DNA of 64,000 nt from Firmicutes bacterium HGW-Firmicutes-21 (GCA_002841455.1 PGZT01000001.1:15919-79918), one strand, 5' to 3'. Positions 26,318 through 36,113 are shown, numbered from the stretch's first letter. Made by a program: numbers and translations. Notes: generated from the letters alone by a model not told the origin.

Positions 26318-26401
26318 AAATTCAATAGGGGAAAACCCTTTGTTTAAGGGCGATCCCGTTCCTTTCGGTTTCTTTTTTACTCTTTATTAATCCGCTTGGG
26401 A

Positions 26402-27127
26402 CTATTTGTTATCCTCCTGCATAAAACGCAGGAATTCGTCCTCTTCGCCGTTGTTTTCTGTTTTTTCGGTATTTGTCTCGGCAATAAGCTCCTCTATAAC
26501 CTCCGCCTCGTTTACCTTCTGTCCGCCGACGGCGGCTCGCTCTGTCGTAATTGCCGGATCGTCGGCAATCTGCGGCTCGGCTTCAATGCTCTTTTTAAGC
26601 TCGCTCTCGATAGTACCCTTTACATCGGTGAAAATCTTGGCAACTATGGTGTCCTCGTTCGGGAGAACAATGTCCTCAATCTCGTTTACGGATAAATTCT
26701 GCAGCTCCTCTATGTGCTTGCGGTATAAATCGAATATAACCTTTTTGAAATCGAGAATTCTGGTTCTGATTGACCACATCTCCTCTTTTTCTCTCTGAAG
26801 CTCGTCCCTGAAGTCCGCAATAACGGCATCGCATCTGTCCTTTATTGCACCGGTAATTATGTCGGCTCTCTCGTTAGCGTCCCTGATTATCTTCTCGCCC
26901 ATCTTCTGTGCGGAAATAAGCGTGCTGCGTATGGACTCTTCCTCGTCCTTTATTTCATCGAGAGTGTTCACGACAACACGGAGCTTCCTGTCAAGCTCGT
27001 TGTTCTCCCTGTACGCCTCTGTATATTTCCCTATAAGAAACTCGATATAATCATCCACTTCCGCGGCGTTATATCCCTTCAGGCTTTTTGAAAACGCCTT
27101 GTTTTTAAGTTCGTGCGGTGCTAACAT
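26402..27127 (-). CDS. divIVA: DivIVA domain-containing cell-division protein
   Basis: The N-terminus LAPHELKNKAFSKSLKGYNAAEVDDYIEFL is followed by a long coiled coil. Confidence 0.88.
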   Translation of the reverse strand: MLAPHELKNKAFSKSLKGYNAAEVDDYIEFLIGKYTEAYRENNELDRKLRVVVNTLDEIKDEEESIRSTLISAQKMGEKIIRDANERADIITGAIKDRCDAVIADFRDELQREKEEMWSIRTRILDFKKVIFDLYRKHIEELQNLSVNEIEDIVLPNEDTIVAKIFTDVKGTIESELKKSIEAEPQIADDPAITTERAAVGGQKVNEAEVIEELIAETNTEKTENNGEEDEFLRFMQEDNK

Positions 27128-27196
27128 TTTTTAGTCCTTTCCGCCCGTTGGGCAAGGAATTTGTTGATGTATGATGTATAATGTATATATTTTGGG

Positions 27197-27487
27197 TTAA
27201 AACAGTTCGGTAATCGAGGGCAGCATCAGCCTCATTATAGTGAGTAAAATAAAGGTTGCCACATATGACAAATCCAAAGGGCTGTCTGCAAGAGAGCCGA
27301 CGCGTGACAACGCACTCCGGACGGTAGAAACCACCGGCTCGGTAACGGCGTAACAAAACTCGAACACCGGAGATTCGTCCGACGCAAAAAGCTGCAAGAT
27401 CACCCTTGCCAAAATTAAATAACTCAAGGCGGTGACAAACACCGCCACGGTTGTTGTTGTAATTACTAAAAGCTCGACCAAAACCAT
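27197..27487 (-). CDS. yggT: YggT family membrane protein
   Basis: 96 aa with two TM helices, located between sepF and divIVA as in other Firmicutes. Confidence 0.8.
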   Translation of the reverse strand: MVLVELLVITTTTVAVFVTALSYLILARVILQLFASDESPVFEFCYAVTEPVVSTVRSALSRVGSLADSPLDLSYVATFILLTIMRLMLPSITELF

Positions 27488-27522
27488 TTCACCCGATTAT
27501 AGTTAATCTTTCGATTGTATAA

Positions 27523-27969
27523 TTAAAAAAGCTCTCTCTGGGATTTTACTTCCTCACGCTCCGGCTGATCGCCCGACACATCCACATTCTTAGGTGTGAT
27601 GATATAGGTTGAGTTAGCCACCCTTTTAATCTGTCCCTCAATGGCAAAGGCGACTCCCGAGCAGAAGTCTATTATCCTTCTTACCGTTTCCTTGTTTGTG
27701 TCCTCAAGGTTAAGTACAACGGTACGGCGTGCCAAAAGGTGGTCGCCTATTTGTGTTACCGCCTCAAACCTCTCCGGCTTGACTACCTTCATCTCAAGCG
27801 AGCTTGAGGAGCCTATTCCGCCGGTAGCTCTTGTAGGTACGGTCTGACGGGGAGCCGGCTGCTGAACTGTCTGTTCCTCGGCAACATCCTCTTCATAGTT
27901 GTTCTCGTAGCCTTCCTCATATTCCTCTTCGGCTTTGAAAAGATCCGAAAAACGATTAAACAATCCCAT
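27523..27969 (-). CDS. sepF: Cell division protein SepF
   Basis: 148 aa. The conserved C-terminal domain reads VVKPERFEAVTQIGDHLLARRTVVLNLEDT...RIIDFCSGVAFA. Confidence 0.88.
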   Translation of the reverse strand: MGLFNRFSDLFKAEEEYEEGYENNYEEDVAEEQTVQQPAPRQTVPTRATGGIGSSSSLEMKVVKPERFEAVTQIGDHLLARRTVVLNLEDTNKETVRRIIDFCSGVAFAIEGQIKRVANSTYIITPKNVDVSGDQPEREEVKSQRELF

Positions 27970-28021
27970 AGTAAACCTCCATAATATTTTAAAAATAATA
28001 ATTTAATGTCCTTTTGTCCGG

Positions 28022-28696
28022 TTAATTCCTGTTGCCGAAAATTGCGGAGCCGATGCGAACAAGTGTGGAGCCGCTCTCAACGGCAGCCATATAATCGTCG
28101 CTCATACCTATCGACAATATTCCTATATTACTATTATCTACTTTTTTATGGAATATGTCAATAAATTTTTTGCTTATTTTATTGAAAAATAAGCTGTTTT
28201 CTTGTGAATTTTCACATTTTGGGGGAATTGCCATCAATCCGCAGAGCCGAATGTTGTCAAAATGCCGTATTTTATCGACAAAAATATCTATCTCTTCAAA
28301 GGGTATGCCGGACTTTGTAACTTCGTTCGCAAGGTTAACCTCTATCAAAACATCCATTAATTTGTCCGCACGATATGCACGGCGGTCGATTTCCTCGGCG
28401 AGCTTTATACTGTCCAGTGAGTGAATAAGGCTAACCTTGTCTATGATATACTTTACCTTGTTTGTCTGAAGGTGTCCTATAAAGTGTATGTCTATTCTTT
28501 CCCTGTCTATCCTGTCGTATTTATCGAGCAGCTCGTTAACACGATTCTCGCCGATAACCCTTATTCCGCAATCGGCGGCGAAGTTGATTATCTTCGGCGG
28601 AACGGTTTTTGTCGCCGCCAAAAGAGTCGCTCTTCCGTTTATCTCGGCTGTAATGCGTTCGATATTTTCCTTTAACATCCGCTTATCGTAGGTCAT
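28022..28696 (-). CDS. yggS: YggS/YlmE family pyridoxal-phosphate homeostasis protein
   Basis: 224 aa with LLAATKTV and HFIGHLQTNK, typical of the family. Confidence 0.9.
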   Translation of the reverse strand: MTYDKRMLKENIERITAEINGRATLLAATKTVPPKIINFAADCGIRVIGENRVNELLDKYDRIDRERIDIHFIGHLQTNKVKYIIDKVSLIHSLDSIKLAEEIDRRAYRADKLMDVLIEVNLANEVTKSGIPFEEIDIFVDKIRHFDNIRLCGLMAIPPKCENSQENSLFFNKISKKFIDIFHKKVDNSNIGILSIGMSDDYMAAVESGSTLVRIGSAIFGNRN

Positions 28697-29955
28697 TGTA
28701 ATGTTTTTCCTTCAAATATATTCCTGCCGGAGCTTATAACCGCATCGTATAAAGACAGGTTTGTTTTCGAAAAATACGCCTTGTTCTTTATGTTAGGAAA
28801 ATCGGGGTCGGTAGGAAGCTGACATATGTAATAACCGTTTTCCTCATACAGAACCGTTGCTTTTTTAAAGATAACCTTGTTTCCCCTAAGAGCATAAACC
28901 CCTGTTTCGCCGTTATTTATTCGCAGTGCCGAAACCGACACCTTAAGCCCCTCGTAGGTATCGGATATTAATTCAACCGTCTGCGCTCTGGTATAGTTAA
29001 AGCCCTCCGGCATTGCGTTGGTCGTAAAAATCAACAGCACCCTGTCAAGGTCGGTTTGGCTGACCGTACGGAGCAGGCTTAATCCGAGGACCTGTCCTCC
29101 CGAATAAGGGAACGCAAAATCACTCTTTCGTCCGAGCGTAAAGCCGCTTGCGGTGCGTTTATCGACCTCACACACCAAATACCAATCGGGAGTCAGCACG
29201 AGCTTTCCGACAGAGTCGTTTATTATGCCCTGGTCGGGAACCATATGGGAAAGGGTATCCATTTCTGCGATTGACAGGCTCTGTAATTTTGCCTTTGTGA
29301 AACTGTTCTCATACCCGTCCACTACCGAATAAAAATACCCCGGCTTGTTTGCGACATGCGCAACGCTTGCTCCGGTAAGCGTCGCTTCAAGCGCTGTTTT
29401 CTCGTTTTCCAACTCTTTTATTTTGGTTTCGTAATTCTTTTGTGACAAAATCAACACTTGACGGCGGTTAATCTGTATTGTTAAAGCGTCCTTGTTTCGT
29501 ATCGCCTTTTCTAAATCGTTATTATCAACTGCTTTTATTATGTCCAGCATTATGCTTGAAATATTGGCGTCTATTTTGGAAAGGTCGGTTGTTGAGGTTC
29601 CGCTGCTTATGCCGCTCTTCTCAAGTACGGCAATCTTTGCGTTTATCTCCTTAATTCGCTCTCTGACATTGGCGTCGGTAGCCTCCGAATAGGTAGCTGC
29701 AACCTTTACGCCCTTTTTAACCTTTTCGCCTTCCTCAACCAAAAAGCAGTTTGTCCCCGCCGCTGCGGTTGTCAGCACAACCTCGTCCCTGAACACAAAC
29801 GCCTTCAACTCTATTTTCTTTGCCGTGCTGATAAAGGTTACATACTCAAGCTCCACTATATCGCCTACATTTAGCACGAGCTGAAGCACAAGATAGCATA
29901 TTAATACAACAGACAGCAAGGTCATTCCAAGCTGTTTTATTGTCTGCCCCTTCAT
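28693..29955 (-). CDS. HlyD-family membrane-fusion-like protein
   Basis: 420 aa with an N-terminal TM helix, a lipoyl-like hairpin (EGEKVKKGVKVA), a central coiled coil and a C-terminal beta domain. Its stop overlaps the yggS start by 4 nt. Confidence 0.6.
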   Translation of the reverse strand: MKGQTIKQLGMTLLSVVLICYLVLQLVLNVGDIVELEYVTFISTAKKIELKAFVFRDEVVLTTAAAGTNCFLVEEGEKVKKGVKVAATYSEATDANVRERIKEINAKIAVLEKSGISSGTSTTDLSKIDANISSIMLDIIKAVDNNDLEKAIRNKDALTIQINRRQVLILSQKNYETKIKELENEKTALEATLTGASVAHVANKPGYFYSVVDGYENSFTKAKLQSLSIAEMDTLSHMVPDQGIINDSVGKLVLTPDWYLVCEVDKRTASGFTLGRKSDFAFPYSGGQVLGLSLLRTVSQTDLDRVLLIFTTNAMPEGFNYTRAQTVELISDTYEGLKVSVSALRINNGETGVYALRGNKVIFKKATVLYEENGYYICQLPTDPDFPNIKNKAYFSKTNLSLYDAVISSGRNIFEGKTLQ

Positions 29956-29981
29956 ATGCCGTGCCTCCTTTGTTTAATTTG

Positions 29982-30047
29982 TCGATTGCGAAACTGCGGT
30001 TCCGCAATCGAGTTTGGGGATTTCACTCGCTTATCGCCCTAAAACAG
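29982..30047. repeat. 66-nt structured intergenic element, copy 2
   Basis: 60 of 66 positions are identical to 22045-22110. It is embedded in a 217-nt spacer between the miaA stop and the HlyD-like gene start. Confidence 0.8.
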
Positions 30048-30112
30048 CGAAAAATCACTGTTTTAGGGAACCCCCTCGGCGAGTGGGACGCGTGAAACGC
30101 GTCTTTGAAGGA

Positions 30113-30150
30113 GTTTTACGGTCGGGTTACCCGCCCGTAAAACATATTTT
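30113..30150 (+). terminator. Terminator-like hairpin plus T-run on the plus strand
   Basis: gttttacgg (30113-30121) pairs with ccgtaaaac (30135-30143), with an inner cggg-tta-cccg stem. It is followed by atatttttt. No annotated plus-strand gene lies upstream. Confidence 0.5.
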
Positions 30151-30172
30151 TTATCTCACAAGCAACACTTGT

Positions 30173-31117
30173 TTAATTTGCAAAATATATATTGCATAAT
30201 TCGGCTGATTTTTGGAATATGCTTTCCGGACTGTAAGCAGCTATGTCGAGCTCTGTTTTGTTCTTCATACGGTTAAAGTATGTCATCTGCCGCTTTGCGT
30301 AATTTCTTGTGTTCTTTTTTATTGTATCGGCAACGGTTTTTATATCCGTTTTCCCCTCGAAATACGGAAAGAATTCCTTATATCCGATCGCCTGAGACGC
30401 GGTAACGGTTTCCGCAAGTCCTGCATCATATAATTTTTTCACTTCGCTCTCAAGCCCCGACGAGAGCATTGTGTCAACCCGTGCGTTTATTCTGTCGTAC
30501 AAAAGCTGCCTGTCCGAGCCGGTCAGGTAAATCAAGGTGTAGTCAAAAACGCTCTCGTTAAGTCTGCTAAGCTCGTCCTGTCGGGTTTTTGTACTCCCCG
30601 ACGACAAATATATCTCCAGCGCCCGTACCACTCTTTTTATATTGTTGGGGTGAATAGCGTCGGCGCTGGCAGGGTCGACCTCCCGCAGATACCCGTGCAG
30701 AGCCTCGCAGCCCTCTTTTTCCGCTCTTTCGTATAATTCGCCCCGCAGCTTATCCTGCGAATCCATTTCGGTCAGCCTTTTACCCGACAGCAACAGGTCT
30801 ATATACAAACCCGTTCCGCCGGCTATTATCGGTGTTTTTCCTCTTTTACTTATATCGAATGCGGCTTCTCTCGCTTTCTCTATGAATACGGCAACCGAGA
30901 AAACCTCGTTAATATCCGCTATGTCGATTAAATGATGCGGAACGGATGCTCGTTCCTCTTTTGTCGGTTTTGCGGTTCCGATATCCATACCCCTGTATAT
31001 CTGCATGGAGTCGCCGCTTATAATCTCGCCGCCGAGTGCTCTGGCAAGCCGCAGAGCAAGCTCGCTTTTGCCTGCTGCCGTTACACCGACTACCGCAATT
31101 ACGGGTATTTTCTCCAA
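30173..31117 (-). CDS. miaA: tRNA dimethylallyltransferase
   Basis: 314 aa with P-loop GVTAAGKS and the IPP-transferase layout. Confidence 0.92.
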   Translation of the reverse strand: MEKIPVIAVVGVTAAGKSELALRLARALGGEIISGDSMQIYRGMDIGTAKPTKEERASVPHHLIDIADINEVFSVAVFIEKAREAAFDISKRGKTPIIAGGTGLYIDLLLSGKRLTEMDSQDKLRGELYERAEKEGCEALHGYLREVDPASADAIHPNNIKRVVRALEIYLSSGSTKTRQDELSRLNESVFDYTLIYLTGSDRQLLYDRINARVDTMLSSGLESEVKKLYDAGLAETVTASQAIGYKEFFPYFEGKTDIKTVADTIKKNTRNYAKRQMTYFNRMKNKTELDIAAYSPESIFQKSAELCNIYFAN

Positions 31118-31147
31118 GTCGTCTCCGCACCTCTCAATAATATAAAA

Positions 31148-32185
31148 TTAATGTATAAACATAGCGTCCCCAAAGCTGAAAAACCTGTATTCCTGTTCTA
31201 CCGCTTCTTTATACGCCGCCATTGTGTTTTCGTACCCCGCAAAGGCGGACACCAGCATTATCAACGTGCTCTCGGGCAGGTGGAAGTTGGTAATCAACCC
31301 ATCGATTAGCTTGAATCTGTAGCCCGGATAGATGAAAATATCTGTCTCGCCCTCGTAGGGCTGCAAAAAACCGTTCTCGTCCGCCGCACTCTCAAGCACC
31401 CTTGTGCTCGTTGTTCCGACCGATATGATTCTGCCCCCGTTCGCCTTCGCCTTGTTTATTATATCTGCGTTTTCAGGGGTAATTTTAATATATTCCGAGT
31501 GCATAACATGGCTCTTGAGGTCGTCCTCCTTAACGGGTCGGAAGGTCCCCAGTCCGACATGAAGTAAAACTCTTGCGGTAAGAACCCCTTTATCGGTAAG
31601 CCGCCGCATAAGCTCGGGAGTGAAGTGCAGCCCTGCCGTCGGTGCGGCTGCGGAGCCGTTATATTTTGCGTAAACGGTTTGGTATCGTTCGTTATCCTCC
31701 AATTTCTCAATTATATAGGGAGGCAGCGGCATTGTTCCGATTTTTTCGAGTATTTCAAGGAAGATTCCCTCGTAACAAAACTCGATTCTGCGGACTCCGC
31801 CCTCAAGCACATCCGTTACGGTCCCGCTCAGCCCGTGAGGATAAATAATCCTCTCGCCGATTCTTGACTTTTTACCCGGTCGGGTTAGGCATTCCCAGGT
31901 CTCTGTTTCGGTGTTTTCAGCTCTTTTTAAAAGCACGGTCTCTATCTCGCCCGTATGCGTTTCGCTCCTGCCGAATATCCGTGCGGGGATAACCCGAGTA
32001 TCGTTGATAACCAAGCAGTCGCCCTCCGATAGGAGGCTTTCTATATCAAAAAACCGCTTGTGCAGAAACTCTCCCCCGTCCCTACGCATTACAAAAAGCC
32101 TTGAGGAATCACGCTTTTCGAGCGGTGTCTGAGCTATAAGCCGCTCGGGCAGAGCGTAGTTGTAGGATGATTTTTGGAGTAACAT
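31148..32185 (-). CDS. queA: S-adenosylmethionine:tRNA ribosyltransferase-isomerase
   Basis: The family-typical N-terminus YNYALPERLIAQTPL begins after the ATG at 32185, which follows an AAGGA RBS. The track ORF extends to 32257. Confidence 0.9.
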   Translation of the reverse strand: MLLQKSSYNYALPERLIAQTPLEKRDSSRLFVMRRDGGEFLHKRFFDIESLLSEGDCLVINDTRVIPARIFGRSETHTGEIETVLLKRAENTETETWECLTRPGKKSRIGERIIYPHGLSGTVTDVLEGGVRRIEFCYEGIFLEILEKIGTMPLPPYIIEKLEDNERYQTVYAKYNGSAAAPTAGLHFTPELMRRLTDKGVLTARVLLHVGLGTFRPVKEDDLKSHVMHSEYIKITPENADIINKAKANGGRIISVGTTSTRVLESAADENGFLQPYEGETDIFIYPGYRFKLIDGLITNFHLPESTLIMLVSAFAGYENTMAAYKEAVEQEYRFFSFGDAMFIH

Positions 32186-32319
32186 TGACGATCCTTCTTG
32201 TTGCTCTGTTGTATATTTTAGTAATAGATTATAGCATTTGTCGATATTATACACCAAAATAAGGTGATTTTCAACCTGTAGGCGATAAAAATTTAGCGAA
32301 CACTAAATTTGGGCATATG

Positions 32320-32348
32320 TTGACATTCTTGGTTTTTGTTGTTATATT
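32320..32348 (+). promoter_or_regulatory. Sigma-A-like promoter for the U32 peptidase gene
   Basis: TTGACA (32320-32325), 17-nt spacer, TATATT (32343-32348). Confidence 0.5.
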
Positions 32349-32383
32349 ATACGCATAATAACGATTTAGACGGGAGTGAAAAA

Positions 32384-34156
32384 ATGCCGTTTTTACTTGC
32401 GCCCGCAGGCAGTCCGGAGTGTTTGAGAGCAGCCATCGCCGCAGGTGCGGATGAGGTGTATCTCGGAGGCGACGCCTTCAACGCGCGGATAAATGCAAAA
32501 AACTTCGGGAATAAAGAGTTAATCGCAGCGGGCGAGACCTGCAAAATAAATAATGTGCGGCTTTTTATAACCCTTAACACCCTCGTTGCGGACAGAGATT
32601 TTGCCGCTCTGCGTGAATATATGGTGTTTTTGGAGCAGAGCGTACAGCCCGACGCCTATATTGTACAGGACATCGGGCTTGCCGTATGGCTTAAAAAAAA
32701 CTTCCCCGATATCGTTCTGCATGCAAGCACTCAGATGCAGCAGCATTCTTCGGGTGCGGTTTCCCTTTTAAAAGCACTCGGCTTCTCCCGTATCGTTTTA
32801 GCCCGTGAGATGAGTGATAAAAACATAAAGACAGTTTGTCAAAACGATATTGAATGCGAGGTGTTTGTCCACGGTGCGCTCTGCGTAAGCATGAGCGGCG
32901 GCTGCCTAATGTCCTCGATGATAGGAAAAAGAAGCGGCAACAGAGGAGAATGCGCCCAGCCCTGCCGTTTAAAATATTCGGGCAAGAGCGAGTATCCATT
33001 GTCCTTGAAGGACTTGTGTCTTGCGGAGCATATCCCCGAATTAACCGCAATGGGCGTTACCTCCTTTAAAATAGAGGGGCGGATGAAGAGCCCCGAATAT
33101 GTTTATACGGTAACGGAAATTTACCGCCGTCTTATAGACGAGAACCGCTCTGCGACCTATACAGAGAACGCAAGGCTGCGGGCTGTTTTCTCCAGAAACG
33201 GCTTTACCGACGGATATTTTACGGGTAAAATCGGCCCGTCAATGTTCGGAATACGCAGCGAGAGCGACAAAAAGCTTGCGAAAACAATAAAAACCGAGAA
33301 GCTTGTTCTGTCTCCTCGGGAAGAGCCTTTTAAAAAAACCGCTCCGCTGCCGTTAATCCTTCCGCATAAGAACACAGAAATGATAATACCGCCCGCTCAT
33401 CAAAAGGGTTTTGTGCTGCGGTTTGAGAGCAGAAGCCCCGGAATTGGTGTAATAAAAAAATATTATGAGCTTGCCGCACGCATCGACCTTCCCGTTTGGG
33501 ACTTGGAGCGGCTGGACGGCATAAATAAATATTCGGAAAAAATAAGTGTTGTTCTGCCCCGCACAATTTATGACAGCGACAGTGGCGAGGTACAAAGACT
33601 GCTCGGTTTTGCAAAAGCCGCCGGAATAACGCAGGTTACTCTCTCTAATGTGGCGTATCTCGGTATTTGCGGCGATTTTTATACGCACGGGGATTATTCG
33701 CTCAATGTAACCAATACCGAGACGCTCTCTCTTTTGGAGAGCCTCTCCCTTTCCTCGGTGATGATTTCGCCCGAAATAAGCCCCAGGTTCCTATCCTTTT
33801 CACCGCTTGCCAAGGAATATATCGTTTACGGACGGCTGCCCTTGATGCAGACCGAGAACTGTATTCAAAAAAATATCGGCAACTGCCGCCGAGATAATTG
33901 TGGCGGCACGCTTACAGACCGCACAAACACGGACTTTCCTGTTAGAAGGGAGTACAAACACCGTAATATTATATATAATTCGGTTCCGCTATACCTTGCC
34001 GACAAAATAAACGCTCTTAAAAAAAGCGATGTCGGGTTATATACCCTGCTTTTTATCGACGAATACGAGAACGAACGAGAGTTTGACAAGCTGATAACCC
34101 TCTGTACACAAAAAGCCCCCGCACCGTTTGCCTTAACAAGAGGATATTATAAGTAA
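32384..34156 (+). CDS. U32 family peptidase-like protein
   Basis: The ATG at 32384 follows a GGGAGTG RBS. The U32 signature context reads EVFVHGALCVSMSGGC. The product is about 590 aa. Confidence 0.88.
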   Translation: MPFLLAPAGSPECLRAAIAAGADEVYLGGDAFNARINAKNFGNKELIAAGETCKINNVRLFITLNTLVADRDFAALREYMVFLEQSVQPDAYIVQDIGLAVWLKKNFPDIVLHASTQMQQHSSGAVSLLKALGFSRIVLAREMSDKNIKTVCQNDIECEVFVHGALCVSMSGGCLMSSMIGKRSGNRGECAQPCRLKYSGKSEYPLSLKDLCLAEHIPELTAMGVTSFKIEGRMKSPEYVYTVTEIYRRLIDENRSATYTENARLRAVFSRNGFTDGYFTGKIGPSMFGIRSESDKKLAKTIKTEKLVLSPREEPFKKTAPLPLILPHKNTEMIIPPAHQKGFVLRFESRSPGIGVIKKYYELAARIDLPVWDLERLDGINKYSEKISVVLPRTIYDSDSGEVQRLLGFAKAAGITQVTLSNVAYLGICGDFYTHGDYSLNVTNTETLSLLESLSLSSVMISPEISPRFLSFSPLAKEYIVYGRLPLMQTENCIQKNIGNCRRDNCGGTLTDRTNTDFPVRREYKHRNIIYNSVPLYLADKINALKKSDVGLYTLLFIDEYENEREFDKLITLCTQKAPAPFALTRGYYK

Positions 34157-34207
34157 AAATGTTTTAATCGTTCTATGTGCGATATTATATATTGTTTTGA
34201 ATTCATA

Positions 34208-34236
34208 TTGACAATATGTGCAGAAGAAAGTATAAT
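34208..34236 (+). promoter_or_regulatory. Sigma-A consensus promoter for the 34294 ORF
   Basis: TTGACA (34208-34213), 17-nt spacer, TATAAT (34231-34236). Confidence 0.6.
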
Positions 34237-34293
34237 AGCATTAGAAGAAACTACGCTTTTTTAATTTTATAAATAATTTAGAGAGGGTTTTTT

Positions 34294-35301
34294 ATGAGAA
34301 AAGTTATGAAAAAGGCTTTTGTTTTACTTATTGTTCTCTCGCTTATTCTTATGCTTTTCGGATGTGCGCAGAAAAATGACGATTCTGAGAGTCTGATCAA
34401 ATCATCCTCCGTATCGGATACATTATCCTCATCGCAGGATACAATCGGAGCTTGGGAGAAGGTCTCGCTTGGAGAGAACTCCGGCGGCGTGAACACACTG
34501 GTTACCGACAAATTAATAGCATACAATTCCGGTTCGGTGTTTGTTTCTGTCGACGGAAGGACTTTTAACAAGGTGCTTGAACGCGATGGCGCCGCTTTCG
34601 CTTCTCTATATGCCGCAGGATCTAAATACATAATGACCACCGCCGACAGCCGCTGGTATTTATGGATGTCTGACAATGGTATCGATTATACACTGCATAC
34701 CGATAATATGGGTTATTACTACGGAATGAACGGGATAACCTATGCCGAGGGTAAATATATCGGTACTGATTCAAGCGGCGGTCTGTACCTGTCTGACGAC
34801 GGATTGACATGGAGCACTCATAAAGTAAATCAGCTGTCTTTTTTCCTTGATGATACGCTGTATCAACTTGTTTATTCAAATGGTAAGTATTACGGAATGA
34901 TGGGCTCTGCTCTTGCTATAGCGAGTAATATAAGCGAGTGGAAAACAATAAAACCCGATCTACCCCATGGCTGTACAATGACCAGCCTTGTTGTCAACGG
35001 AGATACTGTTCTTGTTTCTACATACAACCCCAATAACCTTTACATACTGGAGGGTGAAGCGCTTATTAAAGTCGAGGATATTCCCGCCGGATATTACAAC
35101 AAGCTTGTTTTTTCGGATGGCTTTTATGCCTTGAGAAGCAACGGAGCGGTATATTATTCGGAATCGGGAGTTAATTGGAACGAGTTATTTGCTTCTCCTG
35201 CCGATGTAAACCAATTATTCCATTCAATGGAAATTTTTAACGGCAGTATTTATCTGTTTGATGAAAAAGGTACTGTATACTCCCGTTCTTTAACAGATTA
35301 A
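34294..35301 (+). CDS. Lipoprotein with BNR/Asp-box repeats (predicted beta-propeller)
   Basis: Lipobox LFGCAQ. Repeated Asp-box-like motifs are SVDGRTF, SDNGIDY, SDDGLTWS and SESGVNW. Confidence 0.7.
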   Translation: MRKVMKKAFVLLIVLSLILMLFGCAQKNDDSESLIKSSSVSDTLSSSQDTIGAWEKVSLGENSGGVNTLVTDKLIAYNSGSVFVSVDGRTFNKVLERDGAAFASLYAAGSKYIMTTADSRWYLWMSDNGIDYTLHTDNMGYYYGMNGITYAEGKYIGTDSSGGLYLSDDGLTWSTHKVNQLSFFLDDTLYQLVYSNGKYYGMMGSALAIASNISEWKTIKPDLPHGCTMTSLVVNGDTVLVSTYNPNNLYILEGEALIKVEDIPAGYYNKLVFSDGFYALRSNGAVYYSESGVNWNELFASPADVNQLFHSMEIFNGSIYLFDEKGTVYSRSLTD

Positions 35302-35333
35302 AAGCTTGTGCATAAAACGATTTAAACAACACA

Positions 35334-35357
35334 AAGGGCAGCCGTGAGGCTGCCCTT
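35334..35357. terminator. Bidirectional intrinsic terminator
   Basis: A perfect 10-bp stem, aagggcagcc-gtga-ggctgccctt, lies between convergent genes. Confidence 0.7.
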
Positions 35358-35372
35358 CATATATACACTTAT

Positions 35373-36113
35373 CTATTGCGCTACTGCCAAAAAATACGCC
35401 TTTTCGCTTGTCTTTTCAAGCGGAGTAAGCTCGGTTGAGCCGTAAATACCTACTACCGAAAAGCCGTTTTTTCGCAGCAAAGACAAAAGCGTTTTCTGCG
35501 GGAAATATTTTTGTCTTTGCCGCTCGTCAAACCTCTTATATGCTCCTTTTTCCCGTTTAAACAGCGTCAGATAAAAGTCGCAGATCTTTTTTGCGGACGA
35601 GAATTGATTCTGCCATACAAGCATATCCTCCCCGAACTCATAGACAAAGCTGTTGCCGTCAAAAACTTTATCATATCGGTACAGCGTATTTACATCAAAC
35701 ACAAGCAGTCCGCCCGTCTCAATATAGTTTCGCAGCAGGGCAAAAACGCAGTCCAGCTCTGTGTTGCTCTCAAGGTAATTCAGGCAGTCAAACGAGGAAT
35801 ACGCCGCCTGAACCGTACCATACAGCTCAAGCTCACGCATATCCTGACAGATGTACAAAATGTCTCCGCCACCCTTTGCGGCGCTATGTGCGACCGAGAG
35901 CATATCGGGCGAATTATCCACACCAACCATATCATAGCCGTACTCGGACAGCAGCCTTGCTATTCCGCCTGTTCCGCAGCCTAAATCCAGCACTTCGTTA
36001 ACCTTTATTTTGGAAAAGTTATTGAAGCAATGCCTTAGAAAAGAAGCATAGGGTGAATACTGTCCGCTGTTTATGCTGTCATAAAGTCCTGCCGTTGTCT
36101 CAAAGCAATTCAT
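35373..36113 (-). CDS. Class I SAM-dependent methyltransferase
   Basis: 246 aa with the SAM-binding motif VLDLGCGTG. Confidence 0.85.
   Translation of the reverse strand: MNCFETTAGLYDSINSGQYSPYASFLRHCFNNFSKIKVNEVLDLGCGTGGIARLLSEYGYDMVGVDNSPDMLSVAHSAAKGGGDILYICQDMRELELYGTVQAAYSSFDCLNYLESNTELDCVFALLRNYIETGGLLVFDVNTLYRYDKVFDGNSFVYEFGEDMLVWQNQFSSAKKICDFYLTLFKREKGAYKRFDERQRQKYFPQKTLLSLLRKNGFSVVGIYGSTELTPLEKTSEKAYFLAVAQ

Noticed and set aside
26318-26401. A T-box leader upstream of ileS, as found in many Firmicutes.
   Set aside because: Only 84 nt separate the divIVA stop from the ileS start. That is too short for a T-box, and I found no specifier, T-box or terminator elements. ileS is probably co-transcribed with or closely follows divIVA.
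30037-30068. An sgRNA/tracrRNA-like look. The hairpin ccctaaaacag/ctgttttaggg is followed by cgataagcgagtgaaatcc on the minus strand, reminiscent of a repeat:anti-repeat duplex plus nexus.
   Set aside because: No cas9, iscB, tnpB or other nuclease gene, no CRISPR array and no IS ends occur anywhere in the window. The resemblance is short and could be coincidental. It is kept only as part of the structured-spacer finding.
30014-30199. A 61-aa plus-strand ORF in the miaA-downstream spacer. ORFs at 21839-22105 and 21999-22223 near copy 1 of the repeat were considered the same way.
   Set aside because: It has no RBS. It is built from the stems of consecutive hairpins and runs into the miaA 3' end. 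The RNA or DNA structure explains the sequence better than coding does.
32186-32383. The N-terminal extensions given by the ORF track for queA (to 32257) and for the U32 peptidase (from 32336).
   Set aside because: Family-typical N-termini begin at internal starts (32185 and 32384), each preceded by a good RBS. The extensions would overlap the divergent promoter region.
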